A stretch of 63,731 bases of DNA, the filler included, from Chiloscyllium plagiosum (taxonomy: Eukaryota): assembly GCF_004010195.1 (NCBI RefSeq). It is 4 parts of one record of this genome, joined end to end, with 100 filler letters (N's around TTAATTAATTAA, not from the genome) between each part and the next. Parts side by side here need not be neighbours in the genome. Positions count along the whole stretch, not along the records: positions 15,673 to 43,727 come from NC_057711.1; positions 43,828 to 51,733 come from NC_057711.1; 2 more parts are not named here. The stretch is one strand, 5' to 3'. The position numbers were made by a program, and so were the translations under genes. The stretch's first letter is position 1. Each line of letters begins with the position of its first letter. Of the stretch, positions 36,840-49,708 are shown one piece after another. The notes beneath the pieces are model-generated. The model had not been told where the DNA came from. It made no database searches and saw nothing but the letters and a program-made list of their open reading frames with translations.

Positions 36840-39800
36840 CTTCTGGGTAATCCAAGATGGAGGATGGGAAAACATTCTGACTGTAACAGGCTGCTCCATT
36901 TTTGAGGTACTTTAGGTGTTGGAGGAGATTTCCTCAAATTCCAGGAGCAGCAATTACTATTTAATATGCTGTTGCATTGTTTTGAAACTTTGGAGAAAAA
37001 AAGTCAAAACAACAGCAGTTTAAAAGGGAGAAGAACAGACAATATGCAGCACATGGTCTGTGCAGGAGAGAGAGAGAGAAAGAATCTGCGCAGTTACTGC
37101 CTTTGCTGTTTGAACTTATGTATCGCTGGACATCGGAGTGCATCTAGGAAAGCTTAACAAACAGCGAAATTTGCAACTGTTTGGAGGTACCTGTTTAGAA
37201 GAGGTCACAGCATAGACACAGATAAATGAATAGTTTTTAATATTGTCTTGCTGAAAATCTACAGTAGTGAGCAGAGTGGGTTCTTTCTTGATTATATATT
37301 TTATTCAGATGTGTCTCTTAAGTCATAAGTATTAAGTTATTCTGGAGTAGTGTTTTGTAGAGGAATAAGACAGTGCTATTTTCTGGGTCTGTCAATTGGA
37401 AGAAGCAAAGATGGCCTTTAGTAGAGTGATATGATCTTCTTGTCAGATGTGGGAGTTTATGGAGAGATTATGTGTTACTAAGGATTAGATCTGCAATAAG
37501 TGCCATTGTTTGTGAATCCTATCAGATCGAATGGATCGGTTGGAGCAGCAGTTAGAGGCAATGAGGAATTTACAAGAGCAAAGTGGTGTGATGGATGGCA
37601 GTTATAGGAAGAGAGAAAAGCGGCAGATACAGATAAATGAGTTAACTCCAGCAAAGATAAGAGGGGTAGGCAGTAGCACAGGAGACTTCTGTGGCTATCC
37701 CCATTTCAAACAAGTATGCTGTTTTGGGAAATGTAGGGGGTGATGGACTCTGAGGGGAATGTGGCCATGAAGAGCCACTTTTCTGATATCAAGACAGGCT
37801 CTAATGTAATGAGGAGTACGTCGAGTTCCAAGCATTGATTGTGTTAGGGGACTCTCTAGTCAGAGGCACAGACAGAGGTTTCTGTGGCTGACAGTGAAAT
37901 ATCAGAATGGTATGTGGCCTCCCTGGTGCCAGGACCAAGGATATTCAGAGAGGTGCAGAATGTTCTCAGAGGGGAGAATGGCGAGCAGGAGATCATTGTA
38001 CACATTGGAACCAACAACATAGGAAGGGAAAGAGATGAGATTCTGAAGGGAGAATATAGAAAGTTCGGCAGGAATTTAAAAAGGAGGTCCTCAAGGGTAC
38101 TAATATCTGGATTACTCCTGCTGCTATGAGGTAGTGAGGGTAGGAATAGGAGGATAGAGCGGATGAATGCGTGGCTGAGGAGCTGGTGTATGTGAGAAGG
38201 ATTCACATTTTTGGATCATTGGAATCTCTTCTGGGGTAGAAGTGACCTGTACAAGAAGGATAGATTGCACCTGAATTGGAAGGGGACTAATATGCTGCCA
38301 GGGTGATTTACTAGAGCTGCTTGGGAGAATTTAAACAAGTAAAGTAGTGGTGGTGGGAGCGGTGGGGTTTGGGACCCACAGAGATAGTGAGAAAAGAGAT
38401 CAATCTGAGACTGGTACACTTGAGAAAAGAAGCAAGTCAAACTGTCAGGTAGGTAGGGACAAAGTAGAGAACAAGGTAGGACTGATAAATTAAACTGCAT
38501 TTATTTCAATGCAGGAGTCCTAACAGGGAAGGCACATGAACTCAGGACATGGTTAGGAACATGGGGCTGGGATATCATAGCAATTACAGAAACATGGCTC
38601 AGGGATGAGCAGGACTGACAGCTTAATGTTCCAGGAAGGATAGAAAGGGAGGCAAGTGAGGAGGGGGAGTGGTGTTTTTGATAGGGGATACCGTTACAGC
38701 TGTACTGAGGGAGGATATTCCTGGATCTACATCCAGGGAAGTTATTTGGATGGAACTGAGAAATAAGAAAGGGATGATCACCTTATTGGGATTGTGTTAT
38801 AGACCCCCTAATAGCTAGAGAGAAATTGAGAAACAGATTTATAAGGAAATTTCAGTTATCTGTAAGAATAATAGGGTGGTTATGGTAGGGGATTTTAACC
38901 TTCCAACCATATACTGGGGCTTCCACAGTGTTAAGGGTTTAGATGGAGAGGAATTTGTTAACTGCGTACAAGATAATTTTCTGATTCAGTATGTGGATGT
39001 ACCTACTAGAGAAGGTGTAAAACCTGACCTACTCCTAGAAAATAAGGCAGGGCAGGTGACTGAGGTATCAGTGGGGGAGAAATTTGGGGCTAGCAATCAT
39101 AATTTTATTAGTTTTCAAATAGTGATGGGAAAGGATAGACCAGATCTAAAAGTTGAAATTCGAAATTGGAGGAAGACTAACTTTGATGATATTAGGCAAG
39201 AACTTTCAAAAGCTGACTGGGGTCAGAAGTTCAGGTAAAGGGACAGCTGGAAATGGGAAGCATTCAGAAATGAGTCAGTGAGAGTCCAGAGACAGTATAT
39301 TTCTGTTAGGGTGAAAAGAAAAGCTGGTAGGTGTAGGGAATGCTGGATTTCTGGAGAAATTGAGGATTTCCTTAGAAGAGTATAAAGGCAGTAGGCAGTG
39401 TACTTTAAAAGGAAATCAGAAAGGCAAAATGATGACATGAGATAGCTTTGGCAAAAAGGGTTAAGGAGAATCCAAAGGGTTTTACAAATACATTAAGGAC
39501 AAAGGGTAATTATGGAGAGAACAGAGCCCCTCAAACATCAGCAAGGCAACTTTTGTGTGGAGCTACAGGAGATGGGGGAGATACAATAAGAGTATTTTGT
39601 ATCAATATTTACTGTGGAGAAGGACATGGAAGATATGGAAGGTGGGGGAATAGATGGTGGCATCTTGAGAAATGCCCATATTACAGGTGCTGGATTTCTT
39701 AAAATGCATAAAGGTGGATAATTACCCAGGACCTGATCAGGTGTACCCTCGAACTCTGGGAAGTGATTGCTGGACCCCTCGCTGAGATATTTGTATCGCC

Positions 39801-41241
39801 AGAAGTCACAGGTGAGGTGCCAGAAGACTGGAGTTGGCTAACGTGATACCACTATTTAAGAAAGGTGGTAAGAACAAGCCAGAGAACTGTAGACCGGAGG
39901 GCCTGACGTCAGTGGTGGGCAAGTTGTGGAGGGAATCCTGAGGGATAGGATTTACTCATATTTGGAAATGCAAGGATTGATTAGGGATAGTCACCTTGGC
40001 TTTATGCATGGGAAATCATGACTCACAAACTTGATTGAGTTTTTTGAAGAAGTAACAAAGAGGATTGATGAGGGCAGAGCGGTAGATGTGATCTATATAG
40101 ACTTCAATTAGGCATTCGATAAGGTTAGATCTCATGGAATACAGGGCGAACTAGCCATTTGGATACAGAACTGGCTCAAAGGTAGAGGGTGATGGTGGAG
40201 GGTTGCTTTTTAGACTGGAGGCCTGTGACCAGTGGAGTGCTACAAGGATCGGTGCTGGGTCCACTATTTATCATTATATAAATTATTTGGATGTGCACAT
40301 AGGAGGTATAGTGGTAGGTTTGCAGATGACACTAAAATTAGAAGTGTTAGTGGACAGTGAAGAAGGTCATCTCAGATTACAACGGGATCATGATCAGATG
40401 AGCCAATGGGCTGAGGAGTGGCAGATGGAGTTTCATTTAGATAAATGCGAGGTGTTGCATTTTGAGAAAGCAAATCTTAGCAGGTCTTATACACTTAATG
40501 GTAAGGTCCTGGGAGTGTTGCTGAACAAAGAGTCCTTGGAGTGCAGGTTCATAGCTCCTTGGAAGTAGAGTCACAGGTAGATAGGATAGTGAAGAAGGTG
40601 TTTGGTATGTTTTCCTTTATTGGTCAGAGTATTGAGTGTAGGGGTTGGGAGGTCATATTGCGGCTGTACAGGACATTGGTTAGGCCACAGTTGGAATATT
40701 GTGTGCAATTCTGGTCTCTTTCCTATCGGAAAGATGTTGTGAAACTTGAAAGGGTTCAGAAAAGATTTGCAAGGATGTTGCCAGGTTTGGAGGATTTGAG
40801 CTATAGGGAGAAGTTGAATAGCTGGGGCTGTTTTCCCTCGAGCGTCAGAGGCTGAGGGGCATGGATAGGATAAATAGACCAAGTCTTTTCCCTGGATAAG
40901 GGAGTCCAGAACTAGAGGGCATAGGTTTAGGGTGAGAGGGGAAAGATATAAAAGAGACCTAAGGGGCAACTTTTTCATGCAGAGGGTGGTATGTGTATGG
41001 AATGAACTGCCAGAGGAAGTAGGCGGAGGCTGGTACAATTGGAACTTTTAAAAGGCATCTGGATTGGGTATATGAATAGGAATTTTTAGAACCGAAGAAC
41101 AGCATGATTTAGATGGAAAAAAAAGGATTTGGAGGTATGTGGGCCGAGTGTTGGCAAGTGGACCCAGATTAGGTTGGAATGTCTGGTTGGCATGGACCAA
41201 AGGGGCTGTGTTCCCGTGCTGTACACCTCTGTGACTCTATG
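36840..41241 (+). mobile_element. Full-length (~4.4 kb) but decayed CR1 LINE
   Basis: 5' UTR, ORF1 esterase (IIVHIGTNNI), ORF2 APE-RT and GACTCTAT tail. Flanked by ACAGGA at 36834-36839 and 41242-41247. Confidence 0.9.
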
Positions 41242-41479
41242 ACAGGATCCTGGCATTCTTTGTTGAAAGATGAAGAGATATGTACCTCAGAAAGAGTGTT
41301 GCCAGAAAAAGTTTCATAACCAGAATTCACAGTGAGACAAGGTGTGCTCAATTGCGTAGAATGAGACTAGAGTGTCCAGTGAAGAGTGGAGAAATCATGG
41401 TAGGAGTACTGGATAAACAGTCAGCTCCAAGAATACAATTTGTCCTTGCTAACAATTTGAGTGGTTCACAGTGCTGATT

Positions 41480-42360
41480 ACTGTAGTTGAAACCACCTTC
41501 TCCACACTGCCTCCCTCCCCACCCCCCCACCCCCAAAAAGCGCATTCAGCACATCTTCCTTAAACACTTCCCCAACTCCAAATAGACCCCACCACCATCT
41601 TCCCCTCCCCAACTGTCTCTGTCTTCTGGAAGGACCGGTCCCTTTGACAGTCCTTGGTTTGCTCCACTCTCCCCACCAACCCCCCTGAACCCCCAGGTAC
41701 CTTCCACTGCAACCAGAAAAGATGCAAAACCTGCCGGTACATCACCCCCCTCACCTCCATCCAGGGCCCCAAACAGTCCTTCCAGGTGGGACAGAGGTTC
41801 ATCTGCCTCTCTTCCAACCTAGTTTACTGCATCAGGAGCTCCTGATGTGGTCTTTTCTACATCGGGGAAACCAATTGTAAACTTTGGAAACGGTTCACCA
41901 AGCATTTCAACCAGCCCACAGGGGCCGACTGGACCTGCCAATCACCGCCAATTTTAATTACCCTTCCCAATCCCTTTCTGACATGAACTTCGTTAGCCTC
42001 CTAACCGCAAATTGGAGGAACAAAACCTCATATTCCACCTGCAGCATACAGCCCGGAGGACTCAACATTGAGTTCTCCAATTTCAAATAACCTACTTTCC
42101 CAACCCTGATTCCCTTCCCAACCCCTCTCCCCTTCCCTTCCATTCCTCCCAGCGACATACAGGCTTAAATTCCTCCCCATTGACCAACCTTCTGCCTGTC
42201 TTCATCTAGCCCCAGTTCACCACCCTTCCTCTGCCATCCCCTTTATCTGCAGCTCCCCCTAGAGCCACCCCAGTCCTGAAGATGGGTTACACCTGAAACG
42301 TTGACTTCTATACCACCTGATGCTGCCTGGTTTGCTGCGTTCTTCTGCCAGTCTACTTTT
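41480..42360 (+). mobile_element. Penelope-like element 3' part (GIY-YIG endonuclease + hammerhead)
   Basis: PGTFHCNQKRCKTC...FICLSSNLVYCIRSS*CGLFYIGET, followed by a hammerhead motif at 42276-42302. Confidence 0.85.
42272..42306 (+). ncRNA. Minimal hammerhead ribozyme motif
   Basis: AGTC-CTGAAGA-T-GGGT-TAC-ACCT-GAAA-CG-TT^GACT; stem I AGTC/GACT is fully paired. Confidence 0.72.
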
Positions 42361-43440
42361 GTTGAAAAGCCAGTGGAAACTCAGGCAACAGAGGTATTGC
42401 AAGAAGCATGTCCTGGAATTTTTCCTGGCAATGTGATAATAAGGTTACAAAGTCACCAGTTGAAACAGGAGAGATCAAAGAGTACTGATAAGAAAGTTGA
42501 AGTGGATTTAGCAGATGGTTGAGACGGAGCAAATGACTGACAAAGTAGAAATCTTTAGCTCAGAAATATTAACAGTTACAGCAGAAAAATGAAAACCTGA
42601 AGCAATTGTATCAAAAAGCATACACAGAATCCGAATGTATCTCTGAGAGCCACAATCTTACACATGATCCTTAATGAGGAAATGGAGACCATCATATGTT
42701 CAGGCAGTAGAGAAATGGGCAGAAGTTCATCAAGTCGTGTTGCTGGTGGGTTATAGAAAGGTAATGTTGCGGGTAGCACTTGAACTACCAGTAGGAGATC
42801 ATTTAGCAGGTAAGAAAAACGCAGGCCTGGACTGCACAAGGATGTAGTTGAATTTTACCAGACATGTCATACATGTCAAGTAATTGGAAAACCGTAGGCA
42901 ATAATAAAACCTGCACATTTAATACCTATTCCTGCATTTGAGGTAGTTTTTACAAGAGTCTTAATTGATTATGTAGGACCCCTACCTAAAACAAAAAGTG
43001 GGTGTCAGTACTTTTATTAATAATAATGGATGTGTTTAATAACACATTAATAATGGATTTCCAGAGGCTATTCCATTATGCAGTATCACAGCTAAAAGGA
43101 TTGTGAAAGATCTACTCAAGCTTTTCACTGTATACAGACTACCCTCAGATATACAATCAGATCAAGGGTCAAACTTTACATCAAAATTATTCAAGGAAGT
43201 TATTGACAACTTGTGAATAAAACAATTCAATCCACTGCACACCATCCAGAATGGCAGGGAGCACTGGAAGGGTGGCATAAGACGTTAAAGACCATGCTAA
43301 GGGCTTATAGTCAAGACTTCCAGATGATTGGGATAAAGGAATTCCACTTGTACTACTTGTCATCAGAGATGCATCAAATGAATCATCCAAATTCAGTCCA
43401 TTTGAATTAGTTTTCGGACATGAAGTGAGAACACCACTGA

Positions 43441-46400
43441 GGATGTTAGGCTTTCAGGGAGCTAGGTTGGAAGCTCAGAGTTAGAACGAACAGAGTTGTT
43501 GTCTCTGGTTTGTTACCCGTGCCACGTGATAGAGAGTCGAGGAATAGGGAGAGAGAACAGTTAAATGCGTGGCTACAGGGATGGTGCAGGAGGGAGGGAT
43601 TCCGGTATTTGGATAACTGGGGTTCTTTCTGGGGAAGGTGGGACCTCTATAAACAGGATGGTCTACACCTGAACCTGAGGGGCACCAGTATCCTTGGTGG
43701 GAGGTTTGCTAGTGCTCTTGGGGGGGGNNNNNNNNNNNNNNNNNNNNNNNNNNNNNNNNNNNNNNNNNNNNTTAATTAATTAANNNNNNNNNNNNNNNNN
43801 NNNNNNNNNNNNNNNNNNNNNNNNNNNGGCAGCTTAATGTTCCAGGATACAAATGCTACAGGAAGGATAGAAAGGGAGGCAAGAGAGGAGGGGGAGTGGT
43901 GTTTTTGATAAGGGATAGCATTACAGCTATGCTGAGGGAAGATATTCCTGGAAATACATCCAGGGAGGCTATTTGGGTGGAACTGAGAAATAAGAAAGGG
44001 ATGATCACCTTATTGGGTTTGCATTATAGACCCCCTAATAGTCAGAGGGAAATTGAGAAACAAACTTGTAAGGTAATCTCACTATCTGTAAGAATAATAG
44101 GGTGGTTATGGTAGGGAATTTTAACTTTCCAAACATAGATTGGGACTGCCATAGTGTTAAAGGTTTAGATGGAGAGAAACTTGCGTACAAGACAATTTTC
44201 TGATTCAGTATGTGAATGTACCTACTAGAGAAGGTGCAAAACTTGACCTACTCTTGGAAAATAAGGCAGGGCAGGTGACTGAGGTGTCAGTCGGGGAACA
44301 CTTTGGGGCCAGTGACAAATTGTGATGGAAAAGGATAGACCAGATCTAAAAGTTGAAGTTCTAAATTGGAGAAAGGACAATTTTGATGGTATTAGGCAAG
44401 AATTTTCAAAAGCTGATTGGGTGCAGATGTTCACAGGTAAAGGAACAGCTGGGAAATGGGAAGCCTTCAGAAATGAGATAACAAGAATCCAGAAAAACTA
44501 TATTCCTGCCGGGGTGAAAGGAAAAGCTGGTAGGTAAAGGGAATGCTGGATGACGAAAGAAATTGAGGATTTGGTTAATAAAAAGAAGGAAGCATATGTC
44601 AGGTACAGACAGGATAGATCGAGTGAATCCTTAGAAGAGTATAAAGGAAGTTGGGGTATACTTAAGAGGGAATTCAGGAGGGCAAAAAGGGGACATGAGA
44701 TAGCTTTGGCAAATAGAATTCAGGACAATCCAAAGGGGTTTTACAAATACACTAAGGACAAAAGGGTAACTAGGGAGAGAATAGGGCCCCTCAAAGATCA
44801 ACAAGGCGGCCTTTGTGTGGAGCTGCAGGAAATGGGGGAGATACTAAATGAGTATTTTGCATCAGTATTTACTGTGGAAAAGGATATGGAAGATATAGAC
44901 TGTAGGGAAATAGATGGTGACATCTTGCAAAATGTCCAGATTACAAAGGAGGAAGTGCTGGATGTCTTGGAATGGGTAAAGGTGTATAAATACCCAGGAT
45001 CTGATCAGGTGTACCCGAGAACTCTGTGGGAAGCTAGTGAACTGATTGCTGGGCCTCTTACTGAGATATTTGTACCATTAATAGTCACAGGTGAGGTGCC
45101 GGAAGACTGGAGGTTGGCGGACGTGGTGCCACTGTTTAAGAAGGGCGGTAAGGATAAGCCAGGGAACTATAGACCAGTGAGCCTGATGTCGGTGGTGGGC
45201 AAGTTGTTGGAGGAAATCCTGAGGGACAGGATGTACATATATTTGGAAAAGCAAGGACTGATTAGGGATTAAAAACAATGACTGCAGATGCTGGAAACCA
45301 GATTCTGGATTCGTGGTGCTGGAAGAGCACAGCAGTTCAGGCAGCATCCAAGGAGCTTTGAAATCGACGTTTCGGGCAAAAGCCCTTCCTGATGACTTGA
45401 TTGAGTTTTTTGAAGAAGTAACAAAGAGGATTGATGAGGACAGAGCAGTAGATGTGATCTATATGGACTTCAGTAAGGCGTTTGACAAAGTTCCCCATGG
45501 GAGACTGATTAGCAAGGCTATATCTCATGGAATACAGGGAGAGCTGGCCATTTGGATACTGAACTGGCTCAAAAATAGAATACAGAGGGTGGTGGTGGAG
45601 GGTTGTTTTTCAGACAGGAGGCCTGTGACCAGTGGAGTGCCAGAAGGATCAGTGCTGGCTCCTCTACTTTTTATCTTTTACATAAATGATTTGGATGCGA
45701 ACGTACGAGGTACAGTTAGTAAGTTTGCAGATGACACCAAAATTGGAGGTGGAGTGGACAGCAGAGAGGGTTATCTCAGATTACAACGGGGTCTTGACCA
45801 GACGGGCCCAATGGGCTGAGAAGTGGCAGATGGAGTTTAATTCAGATAAATGCGAGATGCTGCATTTTGGGAAAGCAAATCTTAGCAGGACTTATACACT
45901 TAATGGTAAGGTCCGAGGGAGTGTTGCTGAACAAAGAGACCTTGGAGTGCNNNNNNNNNNNNNNNNNNNNNNNNNNNNNNNNNNNNNNNNNNNNNNNNNN
46001 NNNNNNNNNNNNNNNNNNNNNNNNNNNNNNNNNNNNNNNNNNNNNNNNNNNNNNNNNNNNNNNNNNNNNNNNNNNTGGAGTGTGGGAGGCTGAGGGGTGA
46101 CCTTATAGAGGTTTACAAAATTATGAGGGGCATGGATAGGGTAAATAGGCAAAGTCTTTTCCCTGGGGTTGGGGAGTCCAGAACTAGAGGGCATAGGTTT
46201 AGGGTGAGAGGGGAAAGATATAAAAGAGACCTAAGGAGCAACGTTTTCACGCAGAGGTACGGGTATGGAATGAGCTGCCAGAGGATGTGGTGGAGGCTGT
46301 ACAATTGCAACATTTAAGAGGCAATTGGATGGTATATGAATAGGAAGGGTTTGGAGGGATCTGGGCTGGGTGCTGGCAGGTGGGACTAGATTGGGTTGGG

Positions 46401-46463
46401 ATATCTGTTCGGCATGGACGGGTTGGACCGAAGGGTCTGTTTCCGTGCTGTACATCTCTATAA
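43441..46463 (+). mobile_element. Young CR1 sequence (possibly two copies joined at the scaffold gap) with a Penelope-derived insert
   Basis: ORF1 C-terminus (LYKQDGLHLN), then ORF2 ORFs with DVIYMDFSKAFDKVPH, GVPEGSVL and KFADDTK, then the 3' UTR. Confidence 0.9.
43728..43827. other. Artificial scaffold join
   Basis: N run with central TTAATTAATTAA, 100 bp. Confidence 0.95.
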
Positions 46464-46469
46464 CTGTCT

Positions 46470-47250
46470 GTCACAAAAATGGGTGGGGAAGCATCTGAGG
46501 ATGACACAAAGAGTCTGCAGAAGGATATAAATTGGTTAAAAGAGTGGGCAAAAACTTGGAATATAATGTGGAAAAATGCACTTTGGCAAGAAGGATAGAG
46601 GGGCTGAATATTAATGACTTTGGGAAAGTTTGCAGAAGGCTACAGCACAAAGGTTTGAAGTCTTTATACTTAAATCAGAGAAAACAACATCCCAGTTCAG
46701 AAAGTAATGAAGCAAGAAAATAAAAACAAATACCCTTTATTTCAAAGGAAATTGAATATAAAAATATGAAGATCTTACTAAAACTATCAGGGCAGTAGTC
46801 ATACCACAGTTGGAATACTGTGAACAGTTTTGGTCCCCTTAACTAGGTTGATCCTAGTTTGGGCCGGCACAAATTGGAAGTTAGAAGAATAAGAGGTGAT
46901 TCTATTGAAACATATGAGATTCAAAGGGGAATTGACAGGGTAAAAGATGCTAAAAAGATGCTTGTGGGACAGTCCAGGACCAGAGTGCATGATTTTTGAA
47001 TAAAGGGTTTCTCAACTAAGACTAAGATGTGGAGAAATGTCTTCTCTTGTAGTTAGTGAAACTATGGAAATCTTTACCACAGAGGGCTGTTGAGATTGGG
47101 ATTGTTAAGTATATTCAAAGCTCGATAAATATATCTTTAATCAGTAAGGTAATCAAAAGTTATGGGGAAAAGGCATAAAACTGGAATTGAGAATTGTCAA
47201 TTCAGCCATGATCTCAATGGGCTGAATAGTCTACTTTTGCTATTGTCTTG
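46470..47250 (+). mobile_element. Older CR1 3' fragment
   Basis: Decayed post-RT region (..LEYCEQFW..RRIRGDSIETY) and 3' UTR. Confidence 0.7.
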
Positions 47251-47254
47251 TTTG

Positions 47255-47690
47255 TACATTGTATCGAGCTTTTTGCCAAATCTATCAAGAATCTGAAAGG
47301 AGTGACTGTTCCAGGCAGTGGAGGTCTACAGGTCAAAACTTCCCTGTTTCTGGATGATGTTGCCATTTTCTGCTTGAATTTGCTGTCAGTGCACTGGTTC
47401 ATGGTTATCTGCAACCAGTTAGAACTAGCCTCGAGCGCCAACGTAAATAGAGGCAAGGCTGAGGCCATGTTCTTCCATGTTGGGAATTCGGCCAACCGAT
47501 CGTCTAGCCCCTTCACCATCAGGACAGATTACTTGAAGGTGCTGGGAGTATGGTTTGGAAGGGCTGAGGCATGTACAAAAATATGGGAGGACAGTATCGC
47601 CGAGGTGAGGCAGAAATTAGGTTTTTCAGAGCACTACTCCTTCTTCATTGTGGGTAAAAACCTTGTCATCATGTGTGAGGTACTCTCTCC
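47255..47690 (+). mobile_element. Tx1/L1-clade LINE RT fragment
   Basis: GVTVPGSGGLQVKTSLFLDDVAIF...ASSANVNRGKAEAM...LKVLGVWFG...VGKNLVI.CEVL. Confidence 0.75.
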
Positions 47691-49494
47691 ATGGGGACAC
47701 GATGTAAAACACTTTTTGTTTTTCACTGTTTGCTGTTGTACTTTTTATTTCAGCTCTAGACAATCAACTGAATCTGTGCTATTGGACTTAAGGGCAAAGG
47801 AATAGAAGCTTTAATGTAAAGAACAGCAGCATATAGAAGGCATATGCATTAAATAGAAAAAAAATAAATTGTCGGATAGATCGACAGGAGGAGAAATATT
47901 GAGTTAATTGAATGCTGGGGAATTAGGTCGAAGTGGAGCTGTTATATGATGAGAGAGCATTATCTGGAAATATAGGATAAGAATCAGGAGCAAACAAGTT
48001 GTGACTGGAGCTGGCCTTATCAGAGACTGAAAGTTCCAACTAGCCAAAATCTTGTTTGGTGACAATATCAAAGAGATGGCACGGAGTGTAGAAGCTTGCA
48101 TGCAGGATGAGATTCAGTAAGCATGGGAAAACAGGAATAGAAGGCTATACACTTATCAGAGGTCAATGCTGATACCATGTTTGCAAGGAAACCTGGAAAG
48201 AAACTGGAAAAGGCCAAAATTTACTTATTTAGACTGCAGAGAAGGAAAGGAGAACAGAAAATGACAAAAGAGCAAGGATGAAATTTGAAAAATGTAAAAT
48301 AATGTAATTATAAATTCAATGAAATTTATGAAGGGAATATAAGATAAGCCAATTGAAAATGTTTGTGGAGTTTTCCCCTCTATGTTGTGGCATGAACAAT
48401 AGTGAAAAAATGTGAGAAAATACAGAGAATAAAAGTTTCAGAATCTTGTCATTGAGAAAAATATTTGTAATTTTCCCCTCAAGCTTTAAATAGTGACTTC
48501 AGAATATCACCATTGAGTGGCAACTACCTTAATAAGATGCAAATGCACGGAAATAAAGTTCTACCTTGTCTCGACTTACATATTGCTTCCAATTCTCTCT
48601 TCCAAGTAACTAGACTATGCAAATGCGGAACATTGAATCAAAGTTAAAACTCTCTGAATGCTTGACTCAGCCATTGTCCAAATGCTTTCTCATAACAACA
48701 TTATTGTGTTCTCCATGGTCACTATCCTCCTTGATCCTTCATTCTCACGTTAGCAACAGCAAACCATCAGCCTCTCCAAATCATAACTGCTTTCAGACCA
48801 ACTCACACACCATCTTAGCCCTTCAGTACTTTATTGTGGAGGTCAAGGACACCTACACATGTTTCTACCAGGCTGCCTTGTATTCAGGACAAACAGCCAA
48901 CTCACGCATCTACACTGGATGCATTTTAGCTTGCTTTCTTTGTGCTCATTCACTGTGCACCTATCTATCTGTCAGCCTCCATCTACATCTCATTGCTTTC
49001 AGTCTATATGGTCTTTATTTCTCAATTTATACGTTGCTAACCTCTGTAATTTGCATAAATTTTAGCACAAAGGAAGAGGCAAGCGGCTTATCATGGGGTT
49101 GGGAGGGCGGGGGCGGTGCCTACTGAAGGGTCAGGGGTCTGAACATGCCCCTGAATGGTACCAAACTACGGAAATGTCATACCTACAGCACATACCAGGT
49201 GTTTTATATACTATCTTTTTATACAACCATCCAAGTAGATGGAAAAATAGTTTGGGGTCCTGCATGAACAGGTGAGATGATGAGGTATACCAGTGAGTGA
49301 GTAAGAAGCACGGGGGATGCAGGGGTGCATTCAGAAAGGAGTTAGTGTTTTAAGAGGCTGAGGTGAGTGAGAGGTGTTAGGTGGACATCATGCATGGAAT
49401 CATGTGAGTTGTAGTCCACAAATCTTGGCAAGGAGTGTGTGTGTGCGTTGGCAAAATTAGGATGAGTTGTGACCCTGGCAGTTTGAGGTAGCAG

Positions 49495-49708
49495 AGAGAA
49501 GACTGTTGCACTTCCCTTTTTCCTGAATACTTCACAGCACTGAACCAGGTTGCAATCAGGATTCAGGCTGCTCTGGTCTGGTGGTGTAGCCTCCTTTGGC
49601 ATCTACAGGGGAAAAAAAAACTGCCCTCTTCTCCACCACCCCACTGCCCACCCACCAAAACCTCCTGGTCCTTGTCCTCAAAGTGAGTGTTCCTTTACGC
49701 CTAGCCAT
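49495..49708 (-). pseudogene. Degenerate Myb/SANT-like ORF of a PIF/Harbinger transposon
   Basis: Across frameshifts: HFEDKDQEVLV..GVVEKRAVFF..QRRLHHQTRAA*ILIA..SAV..RKK..NSLL, resembling the Harbinger Myb-like domain. Confidence 0.5.

Larger units (their letters stand above)
34734..43440 (+). mobile_element. Gypsy (Gmr1-like) LTR retrotransposon, degenerate, interrupted by CR1 and Penelope insertions
   Basis: 5' LTR; gag (LPKFDEKHVEAF..FEK, AILSAYELV.EAYRQRF, CCHC knuckle CFQCNKVGHVKS*C ~36551-36592); protease ILR[H]TG; integrase (TCHTCQ, RVLIDYVGPLPK, IQSDQGSNF, HHPEWQGALE). 3' part not seen. Confidence 0.85.

Noticed and set aside
48617..49126. 169-aa ORF and the many other 60-130 aa ORFs in the track
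   Set aside because: No recognisable domain or splice context; consistent with chance ORFs or antisense frames of repeats.
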